This document shows, in pieces, positions 54,782 to 54,978 of a stretch of 54,978 nucleotides of DNA (position 1 is its first letter; each line of letters starts with the position of its first letter). The DNA is taken from the IMG/VR virus record IMGVR_UViG_3300012930_000006, positions 1 through 54,978 of that record. One strand, written 5' to 3'. The notes beneath the pieces were generated by a model, which did no database searches, had not been told where the DNA came from, and saw only the letters and a list, made by a program, of their open reading frames with translations. The translations under genes were made by a program, and so were the position numbers. The DNA is from a virus. Taxonomy: Duplodnaviria > Caudoviricetes.

Positions 54782-54978
54782 ATGGAATTGAGACAGCCCA
54801 CCCCCGAGGAGGCGCTCGAGCAGGCCATCGCCATGCATGGCGGGACCGAGCTCGGGCGCCGCTTGGGAATTTCGGATGCGGCCGTGTTTCGCTGGCGCCG
54901 CCTAGGCCGCGTGCCGGCCGGCCGTGTGCTGGCCGTTGAACGGGCGACCGGCGTTTCTCGCCATTGGCAGCGCCCGGA
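54782..54978 (+). CDS. Cro-like (YdaS-family) HTH regulator, 77 aa, continuing across the junction to 160
   Basis: MELRQPTPEEALEQAIAMHGGTELGRRLGISDAAVFRWRRLGRVPAGRVLAVERATGVSRHWQRPDIYP... Confidence 0.85.
   Translation, partial: MELRQPTPEEALEQAIAMHGGTELGRRLGISDAAVFRWRRLGRVPAGRVLAVERATGVSRHWQRP
54856..54978. repeat. Terminal direct repeat, copy 2
   Basis: Identical to 1-123. Confidence 0.95.

Overview
The window is an apparently complete, circular, GC-rich tailed-phage genome of 54,855 bp (bases 1-123 repeat 54856-54978). It is probably a podophage of an alphaproteobacterium, an inference from gene types and a parS-like site. The layout is lambdoid. A ~140-bp divergent control region (54643-54781) drives a leftward early arm of many small genes (54642->41599) and a rightward arm. 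The rightward arm carries a cro-like gene, two tRNAs, an MT-A70 MTase, an HTH replication initiator with internal palindromic iterons, a NusG-like antiterminator, terS/terL, portal, scaffold, a DUF4043/N4-gp56-type capsid, P22-like gp4/gp10/ejection proteins, tail fibres/spike and a lysis module with SGNH and lipase genes. I recognised no integrase or CI repressor. Main observations: (1) five genes between terL and portal, a PurD-like ATP-grasp ligase and four small basic proteins, all end in the same C-terminal motif [LM]x[KR][RA]GxIS[PED]KA. (2) An anticodon-less tRNA-like RNA lies within that cluster. (3) Six putative virion accessory proteins carry Sec-type signal peptides, most with paired cysteines, and the phage also encodes an O-antigen-ligase/O-oligosaccharyltransferase-like membrane enzyme, suggesting periplasmic maturation or glycosylation. 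(4) A host-type parS sits in the early promoter region. All family assignments come from motif recognition by eye; no searches were run.
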